From Octopus sinensis (lineage: Eukaryota), in the NCBI RefSeq assembly GCF_006345805.1, contig NC_043007.1, forward strand, positions 36,146,001 through 36,210,000: DNA of 64,000 nucleotides, read 5' to 3'. Every line of letters begins with the position of its first letter. Position 1 is the first letter of the stretch. A program made the position numbers and the translations under genes. Below, in pieces: positions 39,447 through 51,890 of this stretch. A model generated the notes under the pieces. The model was not told where the DNA came from and searched no databases. It saw only the letters and a list, made by a program, of their open reading frames with translations.

Positions 39447-40123
39447 TTAAAGGTACATGTGTCTAGGATGCTCAGCCACTTGCATGTTAATTTCATGAGT
39501 AGGCTGATCCATTGATCAGATCAATCGGCACACTTGTCATTGTAACCAACGAAGTGCCAGTTATTTATTGTGCTATCATCATCATCATCATCATCGTTGT
39601 TTAACGTCCACTATCCATGCTAGCATGGGTTGGATGATTGACTGAGGGCTGGCGAACCAGATGGCTGCACCAGGCTTCAATCTTGATCTGGCAGAGTTTC
39701 TACAGCTGGATGCCCTTCCTAACACCAACCACTCCGAGAGTGTAGTAGGTGCTTTTACATGCCACCGGCATGGGGCTAGTCAGGCGGTACTGGCAATGAC
39801 CTCGCTCGAATCTTCTACACATGCCACCAGCACAGGTGCCAGTAAGGTGATGCTGGTAACGATCACGCTCAAATGGTGTCTTTCACGTGCCACCAGCACA
39901 GAAGCCAGATAGCTGCTCTGGCAATGATCACGCTTGGATGGTGCTCTTAATACCCTACTAGCCTGGGGCTCGAGTGCCACTGTCTATTAATGTCTTTCTC
40001 ATTGTTGTTGATGTCACTCTTTTATTCTATGTAACCCTGCTCCATCCACCGTTCCTTGTTTGTTTTCTTTTGTATTTCACCTTTGTATTGTTTACATAAA
40101 CCACTTCATCCTTATTTCCACAG

Positions 40124-40343
40124 CACCTCATCAACCGCGTTTGGATTGGCAGATGTGGTTTGCTGCGCTGAGTGATTTCCAGAACAATCCATGGCTCTTA
40201 ACTCTTTGCTACCGGCTGCTAACTGGACAAAAGGAAGTATTACAGCTTATGGACGATAATCCTTTCCCAGACAAACCTCCGGTCTACTTGCGTGCCACAC
40301 TTTACCATTATCACTACACAAGTCCTTACATCATGAGCAAAAA
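40124..40343 (+). CDS. LMF2: LMF2 coding exon (SPHQPRLDWQMWFAALSDFQNNPWLLTLCYRLLTGQKEVLQLMDDNPFPDKPPVYLRATLYHYHYTSPYIMSK), phase 1 to 2
   Basis: ttccacag acceptor, AA|gtaagt donor; PHQPRLDWQMWFAAL is the LMF-family signature. Confidence 0.96.
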
Positions 40344-41299
40344 GTAAGTGTTACTATTCTCACCTCTCACCCTCTGACTTTTAGGTGGAACATTCTACCA
40401 GATAGCCACTGTCACCTCCTTATTTTTCTTTGTCTGCCATTGCTGATAAAATAATACAACCAGTCTAAAGTTGTTTAACTCTAAGTCAGTCCTGGTTGAG
40501 TAGGTCTATGATTGGTAGGCTTCCACCTTTGACCATCCTACATTTTAATTGTATATTTGTTAACCCCTTGACGCCGGTATTACCTGAAGCATGCGAGACA
40601 CTGCTCTGGTTTGTTTTTTTTACCTAATGAGGCCACACAAACACACAAGTGCCAACGAGCTCGCGTCTACTTATGTTCACCGTTACAATAACCTAGCGTC
40701 GTACATTTACGTCTACCGGTTTATGAAAACGAACTATGTGAAGTTATTTATCATAATATGATAGACACGAGTTATTCTGCTCAAGTTAAAAAAATAGCTT
40801 GCGTGTGGTACAGCTCAAAACATGGTATTATGCATGTAAAGTATCCGCGTGTCATTGGTCTACTGCTAGTCTCATGACTCGAACGTATCCTAAAATAGCT
40901 AAGATAATGGACGGGACGGCGAGGGCGCGAACCTCAAGAGATAAAGTAGACGATAGCGAACGTAAACATACGTCAGCCGCTAAAAAGTCCGTGATAGATG
41001 TAGGGCAGCTCTACATCGTATATTTACGTTAACCGCGGGTAGGCAAGCAAAAGTGTTATCGCATATTTGCATCAACTGTTGTCAAGGGGATAATCTAGAA
41101 CTACACTGTCTAATGTGTTTCTTTTTTCTTTTTAAAGTTATTAGTGTGTAATTTGAAGAATTGGCTGCTATTTCTAATAGATGGAGTGACCACGTAGGAG
41201 TTTCTGATTTGCTTTTGGCACTGTTATGTCGCCCCAGGTCAGCCCAGATCAAGCAGTCTTATGGCATGCAAATATTGGTTGAATGATGAGGTACAACTC

Positions 41300-41790
41300 A
41301 CATCTTCATCTTCCCAGTTATATCATGGCTGAGGGTCATAATACTGCACACTCAAAAATGATGTGGTCCCAGAAATTGTCTGACAGTCATGACTGTGTTC
41401 TCCTGTTTGTGTGGCATGGTGCAGAGTTTTGTTGCCAGACATAGTCTTCTAGCAGCCACTCTCTTGACCCAGGGCAGCACTACCTCCTCCAGGCACTTGA
41501 TGTAGACCTCCATGTTGAGTCTGAGGTCATGGGAAGATGAATGGAGGCATAATGTCATCATCACTAGTGATCACTCCAAGCACTATGATGTTGACTGGAT
41601 GTTTGATTTTTATCACTCTCACTACATGTCCTCAGATTGACACCCAAACACTGAAATGTTTGTATTGGAGCTTCCGGCATGAATGCCAAGCAGTACAGCA
41701 TGTTGTTTCCAAATTTCTGGCCAAGTGAATTGTGTCATGGTGTTGTTTTTCTCACAGACAGTGCCCAACTGACCCTCTTATTCTGTGTAG
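41300..41790 (-). mobile_element. Degenerate Tc1/mariner (maT/DD37D-like) transposase
   Basis: Minus-strand peptide LRLNMEVYIKCLEEVVLPWVKRVAA followed by frameshifted QDSAPCH-like and IWPPNSPD-like sequence. Confidence 0.7.
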
Positions 41791-42492
41791 TGGACAAAGT
41801 CAAAAACAAACAATGTGCATGCATGAAATTAAAATGTGAAGGCATATGGCTCAGTGATTAGAGCATCAAGCTTATGATCATGAGGTTGTGAGCTTGAATC
41901 CCGGACCGGGCTGCATGTTATGTTCTTGAGCAAGACACTTTATTTCACATTGCTCCAGTTCACTCAGCTGTAGAAATGAGTTGTGACATCAATGGTGCCA
42001 AGCTGTATCAGCCTTTGCTTTTCCCTTGGATAACATCAGTGGTGTGGAGAGGGGAGGCTGGTATGCATGGTCGACTGCTGGTCTTCCATAAACAACCTTT
42101 CCCGGACTTGTGCCTGGGAGGGTAACTTTCTAGGTGCAATCCCATGGTCTGTGTCGTGACCGAAGTGGGTCTCGGATATGTGTGTGTGTGTGTGTAATAA
42201 TCATAAGGACACATTAAAGTGTCTCCCCACTAGAAAGGAGAGTTGCTGCTGATATGTATGTATATATATTTCAATGGATTTTCCACAAGTAAAAGTGTCT
42301 GATTATTTTTGAAGTCAAAAGAAATATATATAGATTAAGAAATATGGTAAGTATTGATTCTACAATAGATTTTGTTTCATTGGAATTATAGTGAAGAAAA
42401 TATTGGTTCTGTACGTGTATATGTATGTATATATATTACAGAATCTCATTTTTTGATATTGTATTTAAAAAAATGTTAATTTTCATTTGAAG

Positions 42493-42604
42493 ATACTCCA
42501 AAGACAGTTGGTGGGTCAGAGAGAAGGTCAGCAGCTACATACCAATAATTGACAAGAATGACCAGGGTTTACTGCAGTGGTTACAACAAAATAACATCTT
42601 TGAG
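42493..42604 (+). CDS. LMF2: LMF2 coding exon (KYSKDSWWVREKVSSYIPIIDKNDQGLLQWLQQNNIFE), phase 2 to 0
   Basis: tttcatttgaag acceptor, GAG|gttggt donor; WW.R.....Y.P matches LMF WWRRQWVEEFFP; phase matches both neighbours. Confidence 0.88.
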
Positions 42605-43590
42605 GTTGGTTGATTTATTTATTACTAGCAATGCACCCGGCGTTGCCTGGGTGTTATGATCTACAGCCACATTGTATTATTTGTTCCTTTCTTATAAACA
42701 TATTTTTTGGTCATTTTCTGATAAACACACCATTCGAGTGTGATCATTACCACATCGCCTTACTAGCACTTACTAGCACAAAAACATGTACAATGGCAGC
42801 TTAGATTAGAAGGAAGTCTTAACATTGTACCCCAAAATGACCTCAAAATTGTGTGACCCAGCCTCATTTTGGTGTTAATTTTTTTAGTAAAATAGGGTTG
42901 CTGTGCAAAAAACTTACTTTATGTTGATAGCCAAAAGATTACCCAATCTTTTGACATCTCCATACAGCAGTATTGGCAACTCAGTTTCATGGCTACAAAT
43001 CAGGTAAGGTAGAAGCTGAAATAATTCTTACCTGTCCCATAATACTTTTTTCATAACTGTGAACAATACACATATACATTAGCTTTCGCTATCAAAAGGT
43101 CATATTCAAAAGTATTATGGTTTTCTATACGGCAATGAGACCGGGAAACTGGCCCTTATGAGCCAGGCATGGCTCGAGAAGGAACAAACAACAACAAGGT
43201 AACAGGCTGGTAAAAATCATTAATGTGCTGGAAAAAATGCTTAATGACATTTCATCTGTTTTTTATGTTCTAAGTTCAAATTCAACAGAGGCTGACTTTG
43301 CCTTGCATCCTCTTTTGGGGATTGATAAAATTAGTACCAGTAATGTATGTGGGAGAGTGACTAGTGCCTCACCCAAAATTTCAGACCTTGGTGGAATTTT
43401 AACTTAAAACGTTAAAAAGTTGGAAGAAATACTGCAGATCATTTTTTTTCCGATGCTCAACAATTTTGCCAACTCACCACCTTAATTTCGCTTCTATTAA
43501 TTGTTTCAAATTTTGACACAAGACCAGCACTTTTGAGGAAGGGGATAAATCAATGACATCAACCTCAGCGCTAAACTGGTACTTATTTTA

Positions 43591-44016
43591 CATTGTTTAC
43601 ATTTGACGGATATTTGTCCCTATCTTGTTGGTTGTTAACACGTTTCGGCTGATATACCCTCCAGCCTTCTTCAGGTGTCTTGGGGATATTTCGAACCTGG
43701 GTTCTCATTCCTAAGATATTTTCCCTAAGCCCACTGGCATATGGCGTAGTGATTAAGAGCGTGGGCTACTAAGCCCAAGATTCTGAGTTCGATTCCAAGC
43801 AGTGACCTGAACAATAATGATGTTAATAATAATAATAATAATAACAACATCGAAAAATACCTTAGGAATGAGAACTCGGGTTTGAAATTTCCCCAAGATA
43901 CCTGAAGAAGGCTGGAGGGTATATCAGCCAAAACGTTGTGTTAACAACAAGCAAGATGAGGACAAATATCCGTCGAATGTAAATAATGTACATAATTCCT
44001 CATCTCTTAAATATAG
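43591..44016 (+). mobile_element. tRNA-headed retro-insertion with inverted tail arms carrying minimal hammerhead motifs, 17-bp TSD
   Basis: Arms 43591-43723 and 43853-43990 are reverse complements; tRNA-like head at about 43735-43805 plus (AAT)n lies between them; aactggtacttatttta is duplicated at 43574-43590 and 44017-44033. Confidence 0.8.
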
Positions 44017-45273
44017 AACTGGTACTTATTTTATCAACACCAATATGATGAAGGGGGAAGTTGAGTTGGGCAGATTTGAACTCAGAATGTTGAGCCAGAA
44101 GAAATACACCGTGGTTCTGCCAGCTCGCCAACTTAATTTCATTTGTAATAATTGTTTACAAGTTAATAATTTCCATTCGTATGTTATGAGGCATATATAT
44201 GATTTTTTTAATTTACAAGGTGAAAATGGGTTTATAAATTTGAGCATGCAAATTTTTCTTCAACGAACTCACATAAACAGGCAACGTTACACTATTTCTT
44301 CAAAAAAGTATTTTTTTAATAACGTAGTCTTTAGATATACTAAGTCCCAATAATAATCTTGCATTATAGGTCTTTAAGATGGTGAGCTGGCAGAATTATT
44401 AGCACACCACACAAAATGCTTAGCATTTTATCCAGCTTCACTGTCTGAGTTTAAATACTATAACTTGATTGGATTGACATCATTACTAGTCAAACCCTGT
44501 AATCAAGTTTTCAGGACTTGAGCCTATAGTAGAAAGACTTAGAGTGACATATTCTAAGAGAACTGGTATAAGCAGTCAGAATGAAGCATCTTGCACAAAA
44601 TGCACAACACTGGCTTATAGTAAGATCTGAACCTGCAACCTTGTGGTTAGCAGGTCACCACCTTAGTTAGATAATTGAGATAATTAACCCTTTTGTTACT
44701 ATATGTTTTAGTGCCACTGGACTGGCTCCTGTGCAGGTGGCACATAAAAAACACCATTTGAGTGTGGCCATTGCCAGTACTGCCTGACTGGCCCTCATGC
44801 AGGTGGTATGTAAAAGCGCACACTACACTCTTGGAGTGGTTGGCATTAGAAAGGGCATCCAGCTGTAGAAACTCTGCCAGGTCAGATTGGAGTCTGGTGC
44901 AGCCATTTGGTTCGCCAGACCTCAGTCAAATCATCCAACCCATGCTAGCATGGAAAGCAGACGTTAAACGATGATGATGATGATGATGAATACACTACCT
45001 GTGTTTCAATTTTGAAAATAACAAAGAATTTGGTAAACTAACTTTGTCGTTATTAAGCTAGCATTTGGAGCATAAATTGCGAAATTTTGATGAAAGGTTT
45101 CTATTGAAATCACTTAGCAACTGGAAGATTGTATCACAGAGCTAACAGGTAATTTCAGATGTGTTGGGATAAAAAAAAAAGTGTGTGTGGGGGTTTAGAT
45201 AAGTATTAATTGATTGAATTTTCAATTCTTATTTTTGTTTTATTGTCATTGTTTTATTTTCTGTACTTTTCAG

Positions 45274-45423
45274 CCCATTGACTCTCAGAGCAATGCAAAT
45301 TGGTTGATGAAATCTTTGACAGCGATACGAGAACTAGTTGGACAGCCAGATGGATTCCTCGTGACGATATCTCTATTTTGTACTGGATTTGTCATGAATG
45401 TCACTAAGTATTTCTTATTTTAA
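45274..45423 (+). CDS. LMF2: LMF2 terminal coding exon (PIDSQSNANWLMKSLTAIRELVGQPDGFLVTISLFCTGFVMNVTKYFLF*)
   Basis: tacttttcag acceptor, phase 0; weak similarity to human ANSTLAQALHWTRSQL...LLWGLL; ends in TAA at 45421-45423. Confidence 0.75.
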   Translation, partial: PIDSQSNANWLMKSLTAIRELVGQPDGFLVTISLFCTGFVMNVTKYFLF

Positions 45424-45714
45424 GCTGTGCTGCCCTTTTACATGTTCCTCTGTCTTTCATCATTTGGTTTAGTTTTTTTTTTCTTTTAATTTTTTTTTTT
45501 AGTTTCCTTCTATCCTTTTTCTCCATCTGTTCTTCCCCTCCTACCATCCTATCCACACTCACCTCTCCGTATCTGCCTTTGTTCCCCCTGTACTCTTTCT
45601 TTTCTTTCTTCTGCTTTGTGAAATTTCTCTGTGAGACGGTTCCATTGTCTTAAAAAAAAACCTGCTGTCAGTCAGGTCATAGACTAAACCATTCAATAAG
45701 AACAAGCAACAACG

Positions 45715-46005
45715 ATGACATGACGACTAAAGCAGCGGATTATCAAGGATTAACAGCAACGTCGACGATGACTACAACAACAACAACAACAACACAGCAG
45801 CAGCATATTGTAAAGAACTGCAACAGAAACATAACTGATAATGACACCACCACCCCCAACAACAACAACAACAACAACATCATTTCTAAACAACACTTGC
45901 AATGGCAGAACTCTATTAGCAGTAACATCACCAACAATAATAATGAGGAACACTACAACAACAGTAACATCAACCACCACTTCCACCACCACCACTACCA
46001 TTGAC
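45715..46005. repeat. Compound (CAA/AAC/CAC)n trinucleotide region in the putative LMF2 3' UTR
   Basis: Runs of acaacaacaac and caccaccac. Confidence 0.85.
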
Positions 46006-46091
46006 ATGTAACTTAACAATTATCTAAAGTAAAATAAAAAGAAGAAAAAAAATTTTTTAATATATAAAAAAAAAGATGACAAAAAATAGGC

Positions 46092-46097
46092 AATAAA
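46092..46097 (+). terminator. Candidate polyadenylation signal of LMF2 (AATAAA; another at 46033-46038)
   Basis: AATAAA about 670 nt after the stop codon, followed by T-rich tracts; no transcript evidence. Confidence 0.3.
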
Positions 46098-46425
46098 TCA
46101 GTATTTTTACCCCCTAATAGATTTTTTTTCCCTTTTTTTTTTCTTTCCTATTATCCATAACCTATTTTGTATAGGATTTGAATGTTGCTCAAGTCGACAT
46201 TGCCTTTTCATCTTTCTGAGTTTGATAAAATAAATGTCAATGAAACAATTACTGGTGTGGATATAGTTGATTATACAATACCACTGAAGATGGTTATCAG
46301 CATGGTTTACAGTCCAATAACTGGAACCAAGGGAAGAAGAAAAAACTGATAAAAAAACTAGGGGGGTTTATTGTATTTTAAGGATTGTGGTCTTTTGGAA
46401 AGTTATTAGCCTTTTTCTGAACAAT

Positions 46426-47600
46426 GCTGGAAGTATGGTAAACATATTGTGAACAATTCTTGTTAGCATGGTAAATATTGTGAACAGTGCTTCTTAGCAT
46501 GGTAAACATTGTAAACAATGCTTGTTAGCATTGTAAAGTTTAATGAACAATGCCTGTTAGCATTGCAAGCATCCATGAACAATGCTAGAAGTACAGTAAA
46601 CATTTGTAAACAATACTGTAAGCATGGTAAACGTTTGTGAACCACACTGTAAGTATTAAGAATGATTGTAAGTATTAAGAATGTAAGTATTAAGTATGAA
46701 CAATGCTTATTAGCACTTTAAGCATTTGTGAACAATGTTTTAAGCATGGTAAACATTTGTGAACAATACTGGACGTATGATAAACTTTGTTGACCATACT
46801 GTGTGAAGAATGCTGTATGGTAAACATTTGTGGACAATGCTTTAAGCATAGTAAACATTGGTGAACAATGCTTTAAGCATAGTAAACATTGGTGAACAAT
46901 GCTCTAAGCATGGCAAACAGTAAAGGGTACTATATGCATTGTAAACATTTATGAACAAAACTTATGAGCACGTTTATGAAGAATGTTGTTAGCCTGGTAA
47001 ACAGTTGTAAGCAAAGCTTACAAATGCAGGATATATTAGTGAACAATGTTAGCATGGACAATATTTACAGTGAGCATGATAAACATTTATGAGCAATGCT
47101 TGTTTTAAAGGTAAACATGAACAATACTATAAACTGGGTAATCATTTGTAAACAATGATTTAAGACCAGTACACCTGTATGAACTCTGAACTATTTGTTG
47201 GCTCAGTAAACTTTTGTAAATAATACTGTGAAACATTCATGGACACCACTCATAAGCATAGTAAACAGTTGTGAACAATGCTTATTAACTGAGTAAACAA
47301 ATGATGTAAACATAGGAAACATTGGTGAACAGTGCTCATAACCATAGAAAACGGTAGAGAACAGTGCTGTAAGCATAGTAAACATTTGTGAACAATGCTC
47401 ATAAGCATAGTAAACAGTTGTAACATTTGTTAACTGTTCTCATAAGCATCGCAAACAGTTGTGAACAATGCTTGTTATCTCAGTAAACAAATGTGAACAA
47501 CTGTGTAAACATTTGTGAACAGTACTCATAAGAATGGTAAATAGTGGTGAACAATGCTATAAGCATTGTAAACATTTGTGAATAATGCCCATAAGTACAG
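46426..47600. repeat. Degenerate minisatellite of about 30-33 bp with an internal inverted repeat
   Basis: Consensus about agcatwgtaaacatttgtgaacaatgctta; agcattgt/acaatgct are reverse complements. Confidence 0.85.
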
Positions 47601-47889
47601 TAAAGAATTCTTGTTAAAATGGAGTTTTCTTGAACCCATTGAGTACAGTTGATGAGTGAAAATACTGCTTTGAAGTTTGAACCTGTTGTTATCAATACTA
47701 ATAAATGCACTGTAACTTAAAAAAAAAGAAGGAATATTTTTAAAAAAATCAAAAGTGAAAAATGGCTATTTTATTTAAAAAAAAGAAAGCAAAACAAAAC
47801 TGAAAGAAGGCAAAGTGAGTTAAACAGGAAAAATGAAAGAGTAAAGATGTTGTGGTTATTTGATTTTGTGTTTTTGCGTTCAAATCTTA

Positions 47890-48175
47890 GGTACTACTTG
47901 AGAACAGTGGTCCCGGTGCGCGCACTCGCGCATCTGCGCTAGCTAGTCATGACTAGTCGATCCTTACTTTGTTTAAAAAATTATTTACTTTGTGTTTTTG
48001 TGTTTTATTTACTGTGTTTAACAAAAGTTATTTACTTAGTGTAAAAAAATTATTTATTTTGTGTCTTATTTACTTTGCTAGGTAGTCGTTGTAGGATCGA
48101 CTAGTCACGACTAGCTAGCACGGATGCGTGACTACGCGAGTGCAGGCACCAGGACCACTGTTTTCAAGTAGTACC
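47890..48175. mobile_element. MITE with about 80-bp TIRs and 9-bp TSD (Mutator-like)
   Basis: ggtactacttgagaacagtggtcc... / ...ggaccactgttttcaagtagtacc; flanks caaatctta and caaatccta (1 mismatch). Confidence 0.8.
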
Positions 48176-48593
48176 CAAATCCTAAGAGTTGACTTTTCCC
48201 TTCAAACACCTCAGTTGCTGAAATATCATATGTTCTGACATACAAATCGATGTGGTATATAGTGTAAACGTGTTATATAAACATTCAAACATTGTCACTG
48301 TCTTTCTAAATCCTGTTCTATTTCACATGGAATTTTTGGTCCTCCAATGTCATTTTGGTGTATAAGTCAGCTACCAGTATTATTTTGGTCTGAAAAACTC
48401 ATCTTGTATGTCAGAAATTATGGTAATATTATTTGTATACATTTGCACTACAAGGGCGGTCACCATCTTATGTAGAATTCTGTGACTATATAAGTCATAT
48501 TTGTGAATAATGAAGAAATAATGGTTATAATTATAACAAAAATTAATAACTAATATTGGTTCCATAACTAAATTGTCTCATGAAACGTTTTTT

Positions 48594-49004
48594 GGATCTT
48601 TTCGGTTTGAATGGCAGTTTTTCTAGCGTTGTCATGAAATTGCCACCCATAATTATGACCCTAGTATCGATCTATTGCATTTCAATCTCTTTTAGGGTTA
48701 GGGTTAGTTACGGTTAGGGGTGGGGGAAGGGTATCTTTTTTTTCTTCACAAATGTAAATAAACCCAATGTGTTTCTTAAACGCGGGAATATTCATACAGC
48801 ACAAAGCTTTTTAACTCAATAGACGTCACTGATTGGTTGAAATTGAAGAAAAGAAACAACAAATATCTTACAACTATAGAATTTTCTCAATAAAGCCAAG
48901 AGGAAAAGTTGTTTTATAAACACATTCTACCAGTATACGAAGTTTAAAATTTTTCAGTTACCTAGAAATTATGTTAAAAACTGCCGTTCAAACCGAAAAG
49001 ATCC
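48594..49004. mobile_element. MITE with about 26-bp TIRs
   Basis: ggatcttttcggtttgaatggcagtttt / aaaaactgccgttcaaaccgaaaagatcc; short internal tagggt repeats. Confidence 0.8.
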
Positions 49005-49613
49005 CCTTTTTTTTTAAAATAAAGACTTAAATTCTAATTTCCATATTTGATTTAAAATGTTATAGTAGTGAACGAAAAACATAAGGCAAATCTATTACAA
49101 AAAAAAATTCCCTTGGTTAATATATTTTCACTATCCTCATCATGCTGTGGTTTAAAGTCAAAATCTTAGTGTGTGTAATGCACACACTGTATACTGAAAT
49201 CAGCTTAATTTATAACTAGGAAGGAAGACGAAGTATTACCATTTAAACTGTAAATAACACAGTGATCTCCCTTGTGATGTGAAACACAGTGAAGCAATAT
49301 CTGCAAATATTTTATATTTGTTTGGTTAAGTTCTCATTTCAAATCACACCATGGTTATCTAAAATCACTGAAACAAGTAACAAATGAAATAAATTTCAGT
49401 TCTCTTACAATTTCGCACCGCAAGGGAGGTCACTGTGTTATGTATTTCTGTTATACAGTGTAAATTAAGCAACACTTGTTCGAGTCGACATAAACCTACG
49501 AATTAAGGGAAAAGCGCTCAGATATGACGTGTGGGACGGGGTTAGCTACTCTAAAGAATGTTCTTTCGGGTCAGATGACTAGTTTCCATGAGGACTTCGG
49601 GTGAGTGAAAGCT

Positions 49614-50280
49614 TATCATCATCATCATCGTTTAACGTCCGCTTTCCATGCTAGCATGGGTTGGACGATTTGACTGAGGACTGGCGAACCAGATGGCTGA
49701 ACCAGGCTCCAATCTTGATCTGGCAGAGTTTCTACAGCTGGATGCCTTTCCTAACGCCTACCACTCCGAGAGTGTAGTGGGTGCTTTTACGTGCCACCGG
49801 CACGAGGGCCAGTCAGGCGGTACTGGCAACGACCATGCTCAAATAGTGTTTTTTACGTGCCACCTGCACAGGAGCCAGTCCAGCGGCACTTGCAACGGCC
49901 TTTCTCGAATGGTTTTTCATGTGCCATCGGTACAAGTGCCAGTAAGGCGACGCTGGTAACGATCACGCTCAAATTGTGCTTTTTACGTGTCACCGGTACG
50001 GAAGCCAGTTAGCTGCTCTGGCAACGATCATGCTCGTATGGTACTCTTAGTGCTCCACTAGCATGGATGCCAGTCATCGAATTTAATTTCGATTTCACTT
50101 GCCTCAACAGGTCTTCGCAAGCAGAGTTTAGTGTCCAATGAAGGAAAGGTACGCATAAGTGGGCTGGGTACACCCCCTGGCATAGGCCATAAGGTTATGG
50201 TCTCATTTAGCTTGCCGGGTCTTCTCCAGCACAGCATATTTCTAAAGGTCTCGGTCACTAGTCATTGCTTTGGTGGCTGT
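49614..50280 (-). mobile_element. RTE LINE 3' end (ORF terminus, 3' UTR and (GAT)n tail)
   Basis: Minus strand encodes AMTSDRDL*KYAVLEKTRQ, then an internally repetitive UTR ending gttaaacgatgatgatga. Confidence 0.8.
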
Positions 50281-50499
50281 CCAATAGAAATTATTGTCGG
50301 TGATGCCAGATAGTGAAATAGTATATCAGAACTTCTGTCTAATGGCAAGCTACTTACCATACAGCCACTCCTACGCCTAATTGAACAGGCATATGTTCAA
50401 AAGACTCGTTAATTGCATACACACTTTAACAGCTGACAACATTTAATTTTCATTTCCTTTTTTGGGGATTTAACACATTAGAAATGAAGGGAACCAGAC

Positions 50500-50950
50500 T
50501 AAGGAAATTTATCATAAAGTGCTGCTGGAAGTTTGAAAAGGCAGTTTAGTTTCAACCAGATCCCCGTACGTGACTTACTATCACCCGAATTAAAGATAAA
50601 TTTGAAGCAAATGGAACTGCTTGGTATGAATAAAAGATACGCTCCGGAAGACTGCGGACATCGACAAGCTCCACAAATCAAAAAAGGTGTATATTTCAAG
50701 GAAATCTGTGCGGCAAGCGTGTCGTGAACTAGGAATCTTAAATTCAAGCATTCGTCATATTTTGAAGCGTTGTCGTTGGAAAAGTGACGTTACAAAAATA
50801 GTCCATACTTTTAATGAAGTTTATCCGGACCAAAGAGTGGTATCTGGCAAGATTTCAGAAAATGCACGCTATCCAAGAAAGATTGTTTGGAGTGATGAGA
50901 CTACGTTTAAATTAAATAGCTCAATTAACAGAGATATGTGCATAGACTAG
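50500..50950 (+). mobile_element. Degenerate Tc1/mariner-superfamily transposase (HTH plus first catalytic D)
   Basis: SVRQACRELGILNSSIRHILKR (HTH) and KIVWSDETTFKLNSSINR (WSDE motif), broken by frameshifts. Confidence 0.7.
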
Positions 50951-51409
50951 AGATCTGATAATTTGCATTTTACCAGAAATATGAGGCTGCTTATCAATTT
51001 TTTTTATGGTATTGTCACTAGTCCCATTTACTTGAACCTATTTCTTTACTACCCACAAGGGGCTAAACACAGAGGGAACAAACAAGGACAGACAAACGGA
51101 TCAAGTCGATTACATCGACTCCAGTGCGTAACTGGTTCTTAATTTATCGACCCCGAAAGGACGAAAGACAAAGTCGACCTCGGCGGAACTTGAACTCACA
51201 ATGTAACGACAGACGAAATACGGCTACGCATTTCGCCCGGCGTGCTAACGTTTCTCCTAGCTCGCCGCCTTAGTAATAATAATTATAATTCATGGATGGA
51301 ATTTATTAATATTTTAATGTATCGCTCTGCGCTTTTCCACAAATCACAAGTTTTTTTATAACCATAGTCCGCATTACCTGGGATGATTACAGTTCACTCT
51401 AATATCCAC

Positions 51410-51890
51410 GGACATCAGGTGAGTCTCTTCGTACGTTCATTTCTTCAGGCGATATAGCATTAAAGTTGGAAGTACATACATATGTATATCTATTTCTCTA
51501 TCAATCTACACACACACACACACACACACGTGAATTCTTGCACACTCACATTTGTAGTGACGTTACACAACAGTGCGCGCGCGCAGCGTCATTTTCAGTG
51601 TGCGGGTGCGGTACGTCCTTCTTCAGTGTGCGTGTGCGGGGTTGGAGCCTTCTGGAAAGGCAGAAGGGAAGTGCCCTCTCGGACATGCGCGAAGACTGAA
51701 GAAGGAATTGCTGATGTGGCATTAGCTGATAGGCGAGGGACAGCGTTCCCTTAACAAGGACACAGAGAGAGACGCATGGCAGCAGTAGGAGAACGCCTTC
51801 ATACGAGATTGTAGCAGACCTATTTTCTCCGCTGCCTCTGAACGCTAAGATTTGACCTGCTCTGTTTTGCTGCTGAACTTGTTGTAAGAT
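51410..51890. promoter_or_regulatory. CpG-enriched unique segment, possible promoter or 5' exon of a neighbouring transcript
   Basis: Dense CG dinucleotides (gcgcgcgcgc, tgcgggtgcgg) not matching local repeat families; consensus donor CAG|GTGAGT at 51418/9; no recognisable ORF. Confidence 0.25.

Noticed and set aside
45720-46019. Poly-T/N/H or poly-V ORFs as an extra coding exon
   Set aside because: Trinucleotide repeat downstream of the LMF2 stop; no splice or homology support.
48700-48725. Telomeric (TTAGGG)n
   Set aside because: Only 2-3 imperfect units, internal to a MITE.
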